From Nitrososphaerales archaeon (lineage in GTDB: Archaea; Thermoproteota; Nitrososphaeria; Nitrososphaerales; UBA213), in NCBI GenBank assembly GCA_965197925.1, contig CBDAOC010000014.1, forward strand, positions 10,697 to 74,696: DNA of 64,000 nt, read 5' to 3'. Each line of letters begins with the position of its first letter. Within the stretch, counting starts at the first letter, position 1. The notes beneath the pieces were generated by a model that was not told where the DNA came from, did no database searches, and saw only the letters and a program-made list of their open reading frames with translations. The position numbers and the translations under genes were made by a program. This document shows positions 31,313-41,835 of the stretch, piece after piece.

Positions 31313-32185
31313 TTATAGTTCAATAACTGTAAAACTTATTTCCTCCCCAGACGCTTTGAAGTCTGAAAGGAAAGCCATTAACATCTCTGGATTAGGGAAA
31401 GTTGCTGGGTGAACTCGTTCAGGATATCTCGGATATTCTCCACAAAAACAAAAGTTATCTGTAGTTCTATCTTTAATAAACCCAATCAATCTATTATACA
31501 ACATCCCATCCAAATTGTCAATTTGCAATTCCGATCCAGGTATTAATGTTCCGTCTTGTTGAAATGGGTTTAACTCATCACCTCTAAATGTAGTTTTATA
31601 CTCAACGTCCCACTTCCATCTGTCGCTATTTATGCCTGGAATCTTTGTAATTCTCTCAGCAATATCCTTTTGTAATATACTTGCCCTGTCAGATAATTTA
31701 TACTGTATCTGTGTAAATCTTCTATCGGCAGACATAACTAATGCTTCATCTAATACCATTACCTCAAATATCTGACAAGTTGTCTGTCCTGATATAGGAG
31801 TAAATACAATGTTTAGATTTGATGCTGTTCTGCGAGATCCATCATCATTAACTCTGAATAATATATTCTGAAAACCGTCAGAATCTATCCTAACATATCT
31901 GTTACTTGAATTGAGTATAGTATTGGGAAAATCAAAAGAAGGTATTAGAGTTCCGCTATTAAACGTAATAGCCATACTATCTACATATAGAGTTTTCAAA
32001 AATATATGAGTAAATCCGCTATTGCGAACATCAATCATAATAGAGTTCAAGTCAGCAAAAGTATTATAGTCGTTATCTGCTATATCTGGCAAAGCTACGC
32101 CTAATGAAGTCATATTGCGATCTGCTTCACGATAATTTATGGGATACTTCCAAAAAAATGTATTGTGTTTTATTTCTAACGGCAT
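31313..32185 (-). CDS. putative distal tail protein
   Basis: first gene after the tape measure (synteny). Confidence 0.5.
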   Translation of the reverse strand: MPLEIKHNTFFWKYPINYREADRNMTSLGVALPDIADNDYNTFADLNSIMIDVRNSGFTHIFLKTLYVDSMAITFNSGTLIPSFDFPNTILNSSNRYVRIDSDGFQNILFRVNDDGSRRTASNLNIVFTPISGQTTCQIFEVMVLDEALVMSADRRFTQIQYKLSDRASILQKDIAERITKIPGINSDRWKWDVEYKTTFRGDELNPFQQDGTLIPGSELQIDNLDGMLYNRLIGFIKDRTTDNFCFCGEYPRYPERVHPATFPNPEMLMAFLSDFKASGEEISFTVIEL

Positions 32186-32197
32186 ATTGATTCACCC

Positions 32198-32294
32198 CGC
32201 CCAGCGTCCCTGTGAGTGCCTCTCTACGCCTCTCAGACGCATGTTTGAGCCGCTTGTGGGTAAAACCACACAAACGATTTTTACAGTGTTTTTC
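32198..32294 (-). repeat. ~95 bp dispersed repeat, copy 2
   Basis: reverse complement matches 19908-20003; next to the palindrome at 32299. Confidence 0.8.
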
Positions 32295-32319
32295 ACGTGG
32301 CCCATTAGGGCCGAATTTG

Positions 32320-35300
32320 CTATCCACTGCGAGATGTTAGTCTTCTTTCATCTAACATTGCTTGTATTTCATAATGAACTTCAGCAGCTACATCTTTTGA
32401 GTCCATGCTCACATAAACATTAACTATAGTATCACCTGATCCTGAACTTATATTACCAAGACTTCCTATTAGCTCATCAAACTTGCCCCTAAAGTTCTTA
32501 TCAAAGTGACGTTGCTGATCTTCAGCTGATTGAGTTGCTTTAGATTTGATTATATCATATGCCATCTTCTCGCCATGTTTACCAGCATACATATCATTCT
32601 TATAGCTGTCAAACACTCCGAAGTTTTTGCGTATAGTTTCACTAAAGTCTGATAATAATCCGTCAACACCTCTTCCGAGCATGTCAACTATTCCGCCTCC
32701 AATATCTTTTGACGCTCCGCCTAAGGCGTTACTAAAAGCACCTGGAGCTAATATGCTTGCTCCAGCCATAGCTATCCCGCCTCCGCCTAAAGACCCTTTA
32801 AACATATTGAATAGACTTTCAATTTGAGATTTTGTTGCTAATGCAGATTGTGCAGTTTTCTGCATAGTCCCGATCTGGAATAGTTGAGTTTCAGCCATAG
32901 CTGCCTGAACTCTTCTTTCGTTAGATATTCTTATCTCTGTTTCAATATAACTTTGAGCTATTATACGTAGACTTGATTTGATAAATGCCAATACAACTTC
33001 TTTAAAAGTGCTTTTCTGTTCAAATAGTAAGTCAAGAGTAGCCCCAATCATGTCGTTTGCAAACTTACGTTGAAGATTTGACATTTTCTTAAACTGCTTT
33101 TCATATTCCTTCTCTTTCTTATCACGTAGCTTTCTTATAGCATCCCAGCCTTTTTCATTAACCTTGTATTCCCAATCTCTCAAATCCTCAGCATGTTTCT
33201 TGCCTTTTTCCGCTATATCTGCATCAATACTATCTTGCCGTGCATTTAGAGCTATCTCTTCTGCATGTATCTGTTCAACAGCATCCTTATGATCCTTTAC
33301 ACGAACTTGTTGATATGAGCGATAAGCTTGAACTTCAGCGAACCACAACTCTTGAGTTTTAGCGCTATACTCTTTGACTATAGCAAGTTTTTCTGCTTCT
33401 GTAAGAGTTGTGATATTATCAAGTCTATTTTGTAAATCACTTGCAAGACTTATTAGCTTTTGATTTCTTTGTTCAACATCTTTTATTCGCAAAGCTTCTT
33501 GGAATTGTTTTACAAATCCTCCTTGTTGATTCTTTAAAGCTCCAGCGATATTCTTACCAGTCTTGTCAAACCCATAAGTCATCATATCTCGCTGATTCTC
33601 AAACATATACCTCAACATATTAGCAGGGCTATACTTCTCTTGAGCTTCCTTAAAGTCCTTGCTGAAGTCCTTTTGAGCGTCCTTTTGTATTGTTCTTATT
33701 CTCTTAAGATGCTCTTTAGTTCTATCTTCCTCCCATTTGTTTCTATCTTTGACTCCTTTTTCTCTTTCTTTACGGAAGTCAAGCATTATATCAATCTTAT
33801 GTTTAGTATATTTTTTGTGAGATTCATAGTCATCATGGTAGTATTTCGTCAAAGATTTATTAAGGTCTTCAGCTATATTCCTTATCTCCTCATAATACTT
33901 CTGATTTATAGCAAGTTTATCTGACTTAGATAAATCTTCCTGCTCCAGTTCCTTCTCTCTAATTTCCTGAGCAAGCCTTGCCATATTAACAGCAAGACCT
34001 CTCATTTGACCTGGCGAGTCAGATTTTTTGAATGCTCTATCAAGGTTTTGTATTTCATACTCTAAACTCTTTATCTCATACTCAAGGTCTCTTGAGGATT
34101 GTGCTGCTGTATAGAACTTCTCTGCTATTCCAACAGAGTCTAACGCTGATTTTATTTTCATTAAATCAGATTCATATGTTGTATATCTCTTGACTATACT
34201 TCTTGCAACTTTACCTTCCTCTACACCTGCATAATTTGCACGCATCCTTTCAAGTATGGATTCAAGTCTATTAGCTTCCTTTGTAAGAGTTTCAGTCCTT
34301 GTAGTAACTGCTGATCTTATTTTTTGTAAGTTACCAGACGTTATATTCTCAATAAAAAGTATCTGCTCAGCTGCAATAGCTGCAAAATCTTTTCCAGTTC
34401 GTGAAAACTCTTGCCCAGCTCTTTTAACTTCGTCAAGTTGGTCTTCAAGGCTTGTTTTTATTTGCTTTAGAGTCTGCTCAACAAGTATATTTTTATTGAT
34501 ATCTCCTATAACATCTTCAATATCCTCAAGTGCATTCTTAGCTTCCTTTGTAGAAGTTTGCATATTAGCAAATGCAATACCTAATCCTATCACTGCAGAA
34601 GCGGCTATACCTATTATCCCAGCACCTCTTAATAGAGTAATGCTAAGCGCTCTTGCACTCATTTGAGCTGCGTCAAGAGCTTTCCCAGCTGCTTGAGCTG
34701 CAACTGCTCCAGCAGTAAGATTTTTGATATAGTTTGTTACTATATTTAAACCAAGTTTGACATGCCAGATAGTTATCAATGCTATAGCTGCAGTTATAGC
34801 TCCACTAAATAATGTAAATACGTTAGCAAGACCTATAATAACACCTATTGCAGATTTTACCCAAGTAGGCATTGATCTTATTATATTAAGCCACCCTTTC
34901 ATAGCGTCTGTAATTATCATAACTACAGGAAGCAAGCCCTTACCTATTTCAGCTTTCATTACTTCAAACTGATCTGTAAGTAGTTCTATTTGTGCTGAGT
35001 ATGTTGACATATCAGCACCTTGAGAATACTTATGTAAAGTTGTTAATACTTCAATAAGACCTCTTGCCTTTTCAACTCCTATACTATCAAGATGCTGTCT
35101 AAATGTCTCAATATCACGTATTACGACACCGAATGTTTGAGTCGCTCTTGCCCAAAATGTTGGGACCTCTTCAAGTATAGGTCTTAAATCCTGAAGAACA
35201 AGTTTATTACCAGCTATTGCCTGCGATATCTGTCTTAATACTCTTTCAGCTTCAGCAGTCCCCTTGCCAAGTTGAGCAATTGATTTAGTTACTCCAGTAA

Positions 35301-37656
35301 TGATTATATCTACTTCTTTTGCTGAAACTCCAGCTGCGCGAAGTTGAGAGTTGTATTTTATTATGGCTTGAGTGCTAATACCAACTAAATCTATACCTAT
35401 CTGTATAAGATGACTTAACCTCCTGTCTCCAGCAGCTGCAGAAGCCTCAGTAGCTCTTACCGTCCGCTCAAACTTCTCCATTTCTCCAGCAGCTTCAATA
35501 ATACTTGCAGTCATTCTCCTGATTACACGAGCTGTAGCATCTACGCCAAACTCAAGGTCATGTAATATATTTGTATATGTAAAGTATTGGACATTTACTC
35601 TGGAAAGGTCTTTGACAAGCTTGCTAAATGTATCAGACTGCTGTTTATTTACTTTTTCAAGTCTTTGAGTTTCAGCACGAGCTCTTTTTGAAGACTGTCT
35701 AAGCTGATCCATCATTGCAGACATTTCTTTAGTGCTTGCTCCAGCTTCACGAGCAGCATTAGCATATCTACGCATAGCAATTGCTAATTGTTTCTGATCT
35801 GCAATAGCTTTCCCGCCAAACTTAGCTTGATACTGAACAGATAACTTTACTCTCTCAAGTCTTTTCTTTTGAGCATCAGCAAGCTGTTTTTCTGTTCCTA
35901 AAAGACTTTTATTTTCATCAGACAACTTGCTTATAAGAGAAATTAACTTCTGGACATTTCCAGACTTAACAAGCTTAGTAATATAATCATCTGATTTAAT
36001 CATTCCTCTATCATTAAACTTAGCGTCTTTGAATAAAGCTCCTTGAGTATGCTGTTGCCCTCCCATTTTATCTATTCTTGATACAGTAGCTCTATACTTC
36101 AGAATAATTTGATTTAGTTTTTCTTCAGCTCTTCTAATACGATCTATATTCTTTATTCTTGCCAAAGTTCTTTTATCGTTAATATCACGAGCTTTTACAG
36201 CAATTTTATTGTCTTGATCTATTTGCTTATTATACGCTTCAAGTTCAGCCTTTCTTTCACGCTCTATAGTTTTTAATTTATCACGGACTTGCTTATCATT
36301 TGAATCTCTTGCAGAAAGAAACCTCTTATTCTGATCCTCTATAACTTGATCTGAATACTTTTGTTCAGCCTTTCTTTCACGCTCTATAGTTTTTAATTTA
36401 TCACGGACTTGCTTATCATTTGAATCTCTTGCAGAAAGAAACCTCTTATTCTGATCCTCTATAACTTGATCTGAATACTTTTGTTCAGCCTTTATTCTTT
36501 TTTGTATATTCTTTAATTTATCACGAACTGTCTTATCATTTGAATCTCTTGCAGAAAGAAACCTCTTATTCTGATCCTCTATAACTTGATCTGAATACTT
36601 TTTATTAGCTGCATTTAGGGTTTCTTCTGCTTTTATCCTCGCTCTTATACCTTTTATAGCAAGCTTATTATCTGCTTGTCTTTTAGCATTTCTCTGTTTT
36701 TCAATTGCAGCATTAGCTTTTAGTATTGCTTGCTCTTCTTTAGCCTCCTCGTTAATTTGCCTTCTTATATGAAGCAAAGTCTGCATTTCAGACTGTAATA
36801 GCCCCATAGCACCCTGAATTTGCTTTGGATCTCCTGAAGACATAGCGCCAGTGACCTGGGGCATGATTTCAGAACCAATTTTCTTATCAATGTCATATCT
36901 ATGAGCTGTGCCAAGCTTTGATTTTATTGATGTAAGTATGTTGTCATAATCTCGCATCAACCGCAGAAGCCTATCTATATCATCAGTGCTTTTCTTAGCT
37001 CCAGTTTGTTGAGCTTTATGCTGTTCAGTAACCTCCTCTTTAACTTTCTTAATAACTGCTTTCTTTGCTTTTTCAGCATCAGATTGTTTATTAGTTACCT
37101 CTATTTGATCCTTTCCTTGACTTAAAGCTTCTTTTCCAGCTTCAGTCAAAGCTTTCATAGAATCAGTTTGTTGTTTTTGATATTGGACTAATCCCTTACT
37201 TGCTGCAGCCCAGCCTCCAATACTTTTAATCATTACCTGAGATGCATCACCAGTTCTTTCAAGACCTCTTTCTGCAATCTTTATAGCAGTGTTCATCTCA
37301 TCAAAAGTTCGGGTAACGTTAAATTCAAGAGTTTTACCAAGCTTTTCTGCGTCAACTTGTCCACCACTCAGCGCTTCTCTGATTTTCTTCCCAACTACTG
37401 AAGATTCAATTGAAACTTGTTTATACACCTCGCTAAGCCTCTCTGCTTCAGCTTGATTGAGGTTTATAGAGCGTGTTAATTCCTTAAACCCTTTAATAGT
37501 TACATCTAAAGCGTGCTGAACGTCATACTTGTTAGTCTTGCTAAAACCTTCAGCATACCTATTAGCTTCTGTTAAGCCTTTAATAAGCTTATCTAACACA
37601 GCGCTAAATAGATCATCAGCTTCTATGTCAAATTGAATCTTGTCGCCTGCTGGCAT
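32320..37656 (-). CDS. tail tape measure protein
   Basis: 1778 aa, helical, QISQAIAGNKLVLQDLRPILE tape-measure motif, hydrophobic stretch, follows chaperone pair. Confidence 0.9.
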   Translation of the reverse strand: MPAGDKIQFDIEADDLFSAVLDKLIKGLTEANRYAEGFSKTNKYDVQHALDVTIKGFKELTRSINLNQAEAERLSEVYKQVSIESSVVGKKIREALSGGQVDAEKLGKTLEFNVTRTFDEMNTAIKIAERGLERTGDASQVMIKSIGGWAAASKGLVQYQKQQTDSMKALTEAGKEALSQGKDQIEVTNKQSDAEKAKKAVIKKVKEEVTEQHKAQQTGAKKSTDDIDRLLRLMRDYDNILTSIKSKLGTAHRYDIDKKIGSEIMPQVTGAMSSGDPKQIQGAMGLLQSEMQTLLHIRRQINEEAKEEQAILKANAAIEKQRNAKRQADNKLAIKGIRARIKAEETLNAANKKYSDQVIEDQNKRFLSARDSNDKTVRDKLKNIQKRIKAEQKYSDQVIEDQNKRFLSARDSNDKQVRDKLKTIERERKAEQKYSDQVIEDQNKRFLSARDSNDKQVRDKLKTIERERKAELEAYNKQIDQDNKIAVKARDINDKRTLARIKNIDRIRRAEEKLNQIILKYRATVSRIDKMGGQQHTQGALFKDAKFNDRGMIKSDDYITKLVKSGNVQKLISLISKLSDENKSLLGTEKQLADAQKKRLERVKLSVQYQAKFGGKAIADQKQLAIAMRRYANAAREAGASTKEMSAMMDQLRQSSKRARAETQRLEKVNKQQSDTFSKLVKDLSRVNVQYFTYTNILHDLEFGVDATARVIRRMTASIIEAAGEMEKFERTVRATEASAAAGDRRLSHLIQIGIDLVGISTQAIIKYNSQLRAAGVSAKEVDIIITGVTKSIAQLGKGTAEAERVLRQISQAIAGNKLVLQDLRPILEEVPTFWARATQTFGVVIRDIETFRQHLDSIGVEKARGLIEVLTTLHKYSQGADMSTYSAQIELLTDQFEVMKAEIGKGLLPVVMIITDAMKGWLNIIRSMPTWVKSAIGVIIGLANVFTLFSGAITAAIALITIWHVKLGLNIVTNYIKNLTAGAVAAQAAGKALDAAQMSARALSITLLRGAGIIGIAASAVIGLGIAFANMQTSTKEAKNALEDIEDVIGDINKNILVEQTLKQIKTSLEDQLDEVKRAGQEFSRTGKDFAAIAAEQILFIENITSGNLQKIRSAVTTRTETLTKEANRLESILERMRANYAGVEEGKVARSIVKRYTTYESDLMKIKSALDSVGIAEKFYTAAQSSRDLEYEIKSLEYEIQNLDRAFKKSDSPGQMRGLAVNMARLAQEIREKELEQEDLSKSDKLAINQKYYEEIRNIAEDLNKSLTKYYHDDYESHKKYTKHKIDIMLDFRKEREKGVKDRNKWEEDRTKEHLKRIRTIQKDAQKDFSKDFKEAQEKYSPANMLRYMFENQRDMMTYGFDKTGKNIAGALKNQQGGFVKQFQEALRIKDVEQRNQKLISLASDLQNRLDNITTLTEAEKLAIVKEYSAKTQELWFAEVQAYRSYQQVRVKDHKDAVEQIHAEEIALNARQDSIDADIAEKGKKHAEDLRDWEYKVNEKGWDAIRKLRDKKEKEYEKQFKKMSNLQRKFANDMIGATLDLLFEQKSTFKEVVLAFIKSSLRIIAQSYIETEIRISNERRVQAAMAETQLFQIGTMQKTAQSALATKSQIESLFNMFKGSLGGGGIAMAGASILAPGAFSNALGGASKDIGGGIVDMLGRGVDGLLSDFSETIRKNFGVFDSYKNDMYAGKHGEKMAYDIIKSKATQSAEDQQRHFDKNFRGKFDELIGSLGNISSGSGDTIVNVYVSMDSKDVAAEVHYEIQAMLDERRLTSRSG
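36241..36603 (-). repeat. three near-identical 120 bp tandem repeats in the tape measure
   Basis: KYSDQVIEDQNKRFLSARDSNDK... x3 at 120 bp period. Confidence 0.85.
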
Positions 37657-37683
37657 TAAATATCACCGCCTTTGATTCATATA

Positions 37684-37971
37684 TTAAGTATTAATAGAAG
37701 ATTGTAATTCTTCTTCTGCTTTACGTTTATCTTCATCAATTTTATCAAGTCTATTTTGTTCCTTCTGTGCTACTAATCCAACATGGAGGTTGATTGCTAT
37801 GCGAGAATGCCAACAATCAACCTCTGCTGCTATTTCATCAGCTGGAGCAATTTTATATCTGCGGCAATACCAATCAAGCATCATCACCTGTTCCAGATTC
37901 TCCTTCTCCTCCAACCAAATCAGGAAAAGAGTCCACAGAGTCGCCAGACCCCATGACCCCTTTAGTTCCAA
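37684..37971 (-). CDS. tail assembly chaperone C-terminal extension (frameshift product)
   Basis: overlaps the end of the chaperone ORF in the +1 frame, precedes the tape measure, no clear own RBS. Confidence 0.65.
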   Translation of the reverse strand: MELKGSWGLATLWTLFLIWLEEKENLEQVMMLDWYCRRYKIAPADEIAAEVDCWHSRIAINLHVGLVAQKEQNRLDKIDEDKRKAEEELQSSINT

Positions 37972-38428
37972 AATTAAAGATATCGTCTTTTATTCCCTCA
38001 TCAAGATCATCAACGTCTTCAATTTCAAAATCTTCAGGAAATACAATAGTCATAAATACTGCTTTATTTATCTGATCTACCATATCAGATAAAGCATCTT
38101 CATCATCAGCCAAAGTTTCTTCTAATTCACTTCTTATTGATTCTTCTTCCTCACCCTCAACAAGCTTTCTTCTTGCTGATACGCTTGTTTTACCGAATAG
38201 ACTTCCAAATATCTCTGCAGTCTCTGTAGGAAGAAGTCGTTTCAGGACAAAATCAAACTCCTCACCGTCTTCTGTCAATACAGTATACACAAAAAGAGCT
38301 CTTTTCTTAACAATAGACTTAGTTTGAGCTTTTGTTGGTATATTTAGTTTCCTCTTGACATCCTTATGAGGTTGAATTACGACAGTGTCTTTTCCACTCT
38401 CTTCAAGCTTGGTTATCTTGGACTGCAT
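37874..38428 (-). CDS. tail assembly chaperone
   Basis: acidic ORF just upstream of the tape measure; start at MQSKIT after AAGGGG. Confidence 0.7.
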   Translation of the reverse strand: MQSKITKLEESGKDTVVIQPHKDVKRKLNIPTKAQTKSIVKKRALFVYTVLTEDGEEFDFVLKRLLPTETAEIFGSLFGKTSVSARRKLVEGEEEESIRSELEETLADDEDALSDMVDQINKAVFMTIVFPEDFEIEDVDDLDEGIKDDIFNFGTKGVMGSGDSVDSFPDLVGGEGESGTGDDA

Positions 38429-39236
38429 ATTGACCCCTTTCTTTTTGTTGAAAAAACTCAACTATAAATATGAAGTCTGTGATATATTTATCTCTCACAG
38501 CACCTAAATTATTAGAACGCTTAATATAAGCGTTCTGTGATCTACTTTTAACCTTCTCAAATCCAGCACGATTAGAAATAACCGTCATCTCTTGACCATC
38601 TGTTGTTATAGTTTGCCCTGCGTAAGTCCTAAACATTTGAGGATCTAACAGATAATCAAGTGCGTCTCTTATCTTAGAAGACCTGACAGCATTTGACTCA
38701 AGGAATCTATAAGGAGAATGAGCTCTTCCCATAACAAGCCGTATGATTATCATTATAGCTTGATTAGAAGCATTAACATCAGCGCTTTCGCCTTCCTCCA
38801 TCAGCTCATCAGCTCCAAAATCTATCAATAATGCTGGAGGTTCTATAGTCGCCTCATTATCATATGGGTTATTCTCAATGTTTAGTATGTTTACATCAGC
38901 AATCTTTACAGCATTCATTATTCTTGCATTCTGCAAAGCTTCTATATCCAATTCACCCATCATTATATCTTGTGTATAGTCAACTGTGCCTCCGTCTTGC
39001 CCATAACCGTCAGAATACCCATCATCTCCACTTTCTAATATCAGACGATCTTTATTTATTCTTTTATTGCCTGCAATTTCAAGCATATCGGCATATTGAG
39101 AAGGAGGAAAAGTTTCTGCAAAAATAGTTGGATCTCTATCACCTTTTTTCATATTAGAATTGATAAAATATGGATTCATCAATTTCAAGCATTGTCCAAA
39201 AGTTCTTGCAAAGATATGAGTTCTGATGTCTAACAT
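38403..39236 (-). CDS. putative tail terminator/completion protein
   Basis: synteny; PALLID motif. Confidence 0.45.
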   Translation of the reverse strand: MLDIRTHIFARTFGQCLKLMNPYFINSNMKKGDRDPTIFAETFPPSQYADMLEIAGNKRINKDRLILESGDDGYSDGYGQDGGTVDYTQDIMMGELDIEALQNARIMNAVKIADVNILNIENNPYDNEATIEPPALLIDFGADELMEEGESADVNASNQAIMIIIRLVMGRAHSPYRFLESNAVRSSKIRDALDYLLDPQMFRTYAGQTITTDGQEMTVISNRAGFEKVKSRSQNAYIKRSNNLGAVRDKYITDFIFIVEFFQQKERGQYAVQDNQA

Positions 39237-39237
39237 T

Positions 39238-39786
39238 CTAACCTCTTCTAAACGTCAATGTTCCTGTTCTTGATTTAGAGTATGAAGTTTGGACTCCAAC
39301 GTGAGATGCTTGTTTTTTACCTTGTTTTATTACACGCTGCACATGCCTTCTGAATACCTTATTATACTGGTTTCTTAACCCTTTGTCAAGTGTCAATCCG
39401 CCAACAACTGGGCGAGCAGGAAGGTTTGTAGAAGATACACCAGTCTCGTGAAGACTTGCGTAATGCACACCTGATTTTAATGAGAATGACTTTGGACCTA
39501 TCTGTAATACGTGGCTTGGATGAGATGAAATTGTATACGAGTCTCTTAGTTCTCCAGTTCTTTCAAGTATACCTGCACCTGGAAAATGGATATTCTTATA
39601 GTGAGCATAAACTTCATTGAGGGCAGCCCAAGGTGGCCTGCCCTCAACTTCAAACATTTTATCAAGGTCTCTTAATACTTTAGGATAAATATAATCCTCA
39701 TAGAAGTCTCTCAAATCCGATAACTTCTCATTAACGTATACTATAGTCGCTATTGGAGCATCTAAAGATATATTTAGTTTAAGCAT
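39238..39786 (-). CDS. virion morphogenesis (tail completion, Mu gpG-like) protein
   Basis: WAAL...ILERTGELRDS...YASLHETG...LPARP. Confidence 0.8.
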   Translation of the reverse strand: MLKLNISLDAPIATIVYVNEKLSDLRDFYEDYIYPKVLRDLDKMFEVEGRPPWAALNEVYAHYKNIHFPGAGILERTGELRDSYTISSHPSHVLQIGPKSFSLKSGVHYASLHETGVSSTNLPARPVVGGLTLDKGLRNQYNKVFRRHVQRVIKQGKKQASHVGVQTSYSKSRTGTLTFRRG

Positions 39787-39794
39787 TAATACAC

Positions 39795-41450
39795 CTATGC
39801 AGCTAAGTTTACTACTGGTGAATACGCACTATAGTCACATACAATTCGGAGATCATCTGGAATCGCAAGTCCAATACCAGAAACAAATGATTTCATAGAT
39901 AAAGGCTGGACAAGGAGTCCTTCTGGAGTTTCAATCTCTGGCAAAACTGTAAGCTGTGCGTTCTTGAGAATGAATGATTTTCTCCATGCCATTCCTCCGA
40001 ATGGATAGTGATTAATGTTAATAGCAGCAGCATACGATGAGTTATTCTTGAATATTCTGGAATAGTCATTCTCAGGAGTTGCTATAGCTTCAGAAGTTAT
40101 AGTAACATTTCTACGTTGCCTATAAGGCTTTACATCTTCCCAAGGCACTCCAGTAACTGCTCCAGTATTATCAAAGTTTTGATTGCAGCTGAACGTTGCA
40201 GTTCTTACTGGGGCCCTAACTCCGCCAACAATTATATTTCCTATAAGACTTCCGCCAAGTATAAGCTCCGCCTGCCAACCAGTCATAATCTCTGTTGACG
40301 CAGCCACAAGGTTTGATGCATCTGTTTTAATTGCTGACGCTTTATCTCTACCATTCAAATCCCTATACAAGAATCCTCTACGACCTTTAAGTGGGACTGT
40401 ATATTGAATTGCTGTGTTTCCTCTTGAGAACTCAAAGTCCAATCCAGTAGCAAGTACCCCAGTATAGACGTTCAAGATAGTTCCTTTTGCGACTTCCATT
40501 ATCCAGAATCTTCTCAGCAGATTATCTTGTGAAGTAAACGTGACGACTTCAGCTGTATCTAAAATAGTAACTGTAATCTGACCAGCAGAAAATCCTCTAC
40601 TTTTTATAGATGTAATAGTCTTATAGTGAACATCAGTATAGAATGTAGTAGTTCCGCCAGTTTTAAAGAAGAACTCTTCTTTTAGAGTGGTATAAGACTC
40701 AGGCCCATACCCACTAAGACATGTTCCTTCAACTTCAATAACTCCAGTCCCTCCAGCTGCTACCGCAGCGTTAGCATCAAAGGTAATAAGAACTCGTGTT
40801 GGATTAACTGGAGAAGCACCTGCAGTAATAATTGTATGATTAACTTCAGCAGTTGTCCCTAAAGTAGCTTGCGCTACAAGAGGAGAAGCTGCAGTTGCTA
40901 TAGCTCCAGACCCTACTCCAATTCCAGTTCTTTTAACATGATCAGGATTTAGCGACTGCATCAAATTAGCAAAAATAGTCTCATCACCATCAGCAGATGC
41001 AGAGAATAGTGTGCTTCCAATGACATCGGTTTCGCCAGCAGCATCTTTAGTATCTCCAGCATTACCTACAAAATAAGGGACTGGAATAGTCTCTCCGCTA
41101 TCCATTATATTGAAATCAACACCGAGAGGCTGAACTGCATGAAAACCTTCTACAATAGTTCCTTCATTTACTGCTTTTTTAGCTACTCCAAGAAAAGGCC
41201 CAGCAGAACCAATTTGGGCAAATCCGTCAAGAAGTCTTCCAAAGTCTCCATTCTGTGTTGCGGCTACAGTTCTTGCTCCGCCTTCAGACGCAGCCAAGTC
41301 TGTTAATCCTCCAAGATAATAATATCCATCTTGAGGGATACCAGGCGCAGGTGTTCTTATATCATTTGTTTCAGCTATAAGCATCTGACTAATAAAACCT
41401 GTAGATGGATTTATCTCACTTATAGGTTTCAGATTTAAAGGTATCGGCAT
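39795..41450 (-). CDS. major tail tube protein with inserted extra domain
   Basis: position; tube-like C-terminal half; start at MPIPLN after AAGGAG. Confidence 0.6.
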   Translation of the reverse strand: MPIPLNLKPISEINPSTGFISQMLIAETNDIRTPAPGIPQDGYYYLGGLTDLAASEGGARTVAATQNGDFGRLLDGFAQIGSAGPFLGVAKKAVNEGTIVEGFHAVQPLGVDFNIMDSGETIPVPYFVGNAGDTKDAAGETDVIGSTLFSASADGDETIFANLMQSLNPDHVKRTGIGVGSGAIATAASPLVAQATLGTTAEVNHTIITAGASPVNPTRVLITFDANAAVAAGGTGVIEVEGTCLSGYGPESYTTLKEEFFFKTGGTTTFYTDVHYKTITSIKSRGFSAGQITVTILDTAEVVTFTSQDNLLRRFWIMEVAKGTILNVYTGVLATGLDFEFSRGNTAIQYTVPLKGRRGFLYRDLNGRDKASAIKTDASNLVAASTEIMTGWQAELILGGSLIGNIIVGGVRAPVRTATFSCNQNFDNTGAVTGVPWEDVKPYRQRRNVTITSEAIATPENDYSRIFKNNSSYAAAININHYPFGGMAWRKSFILKNAQLTVLPEIETPEGLLVQPLSMKSFVSGIGLAIPDDLRIVCDYSAYSPVVNLAA

Positions 41451-41460
41451 TTTGTCTCCT

Positions 41461-41835
41461 TTATAGCTCCACACAATTAAGTCGTGTTAGATAGACTCCG
41501 ATACCAACAGACTTTACATTCAAAACTCTATCTTTCATTGTAAGAATATAGTTATCAAGATCATCTCCACTACTTGGTCTTCCCAAAACTACCTGATCTC
41601 CGCTCAATATGTAATGCGGAGATATAATCTTACCTTTGACATTTATGGCATACTGTTCTTCTGATACATTGATACCTGAATCAAAACGAGTAGAGTGAGT
41701 TTGATATATTCTTCGCGAAACTATCCCATAAAGAGTTTGATACAATATAATAAAACCAAACTCTGTGCTTTGATCTATTCTGCGAACAGCTACAATCTCT
41801 TCTCGTTCTTTGAGGTATCCAACTCTTTCAAGCAT
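41461..41835 (-). CDS. head closure/stopper-like protein
   Basis: synteny, size, ILSGDQV motif. Confidence 0.5.
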   Translation of the reverse strand: MLERVGYLKEREEIVAVRRIDQSTEFGFIILYQTLYGIVSRRIYQTHSTRFDSGINVSEEQYAINVKGKIISPHYILSGDQVVLGRPSSGDDLDNYILTMKDRVLNVKSVGIGVYLTRLNCVEL

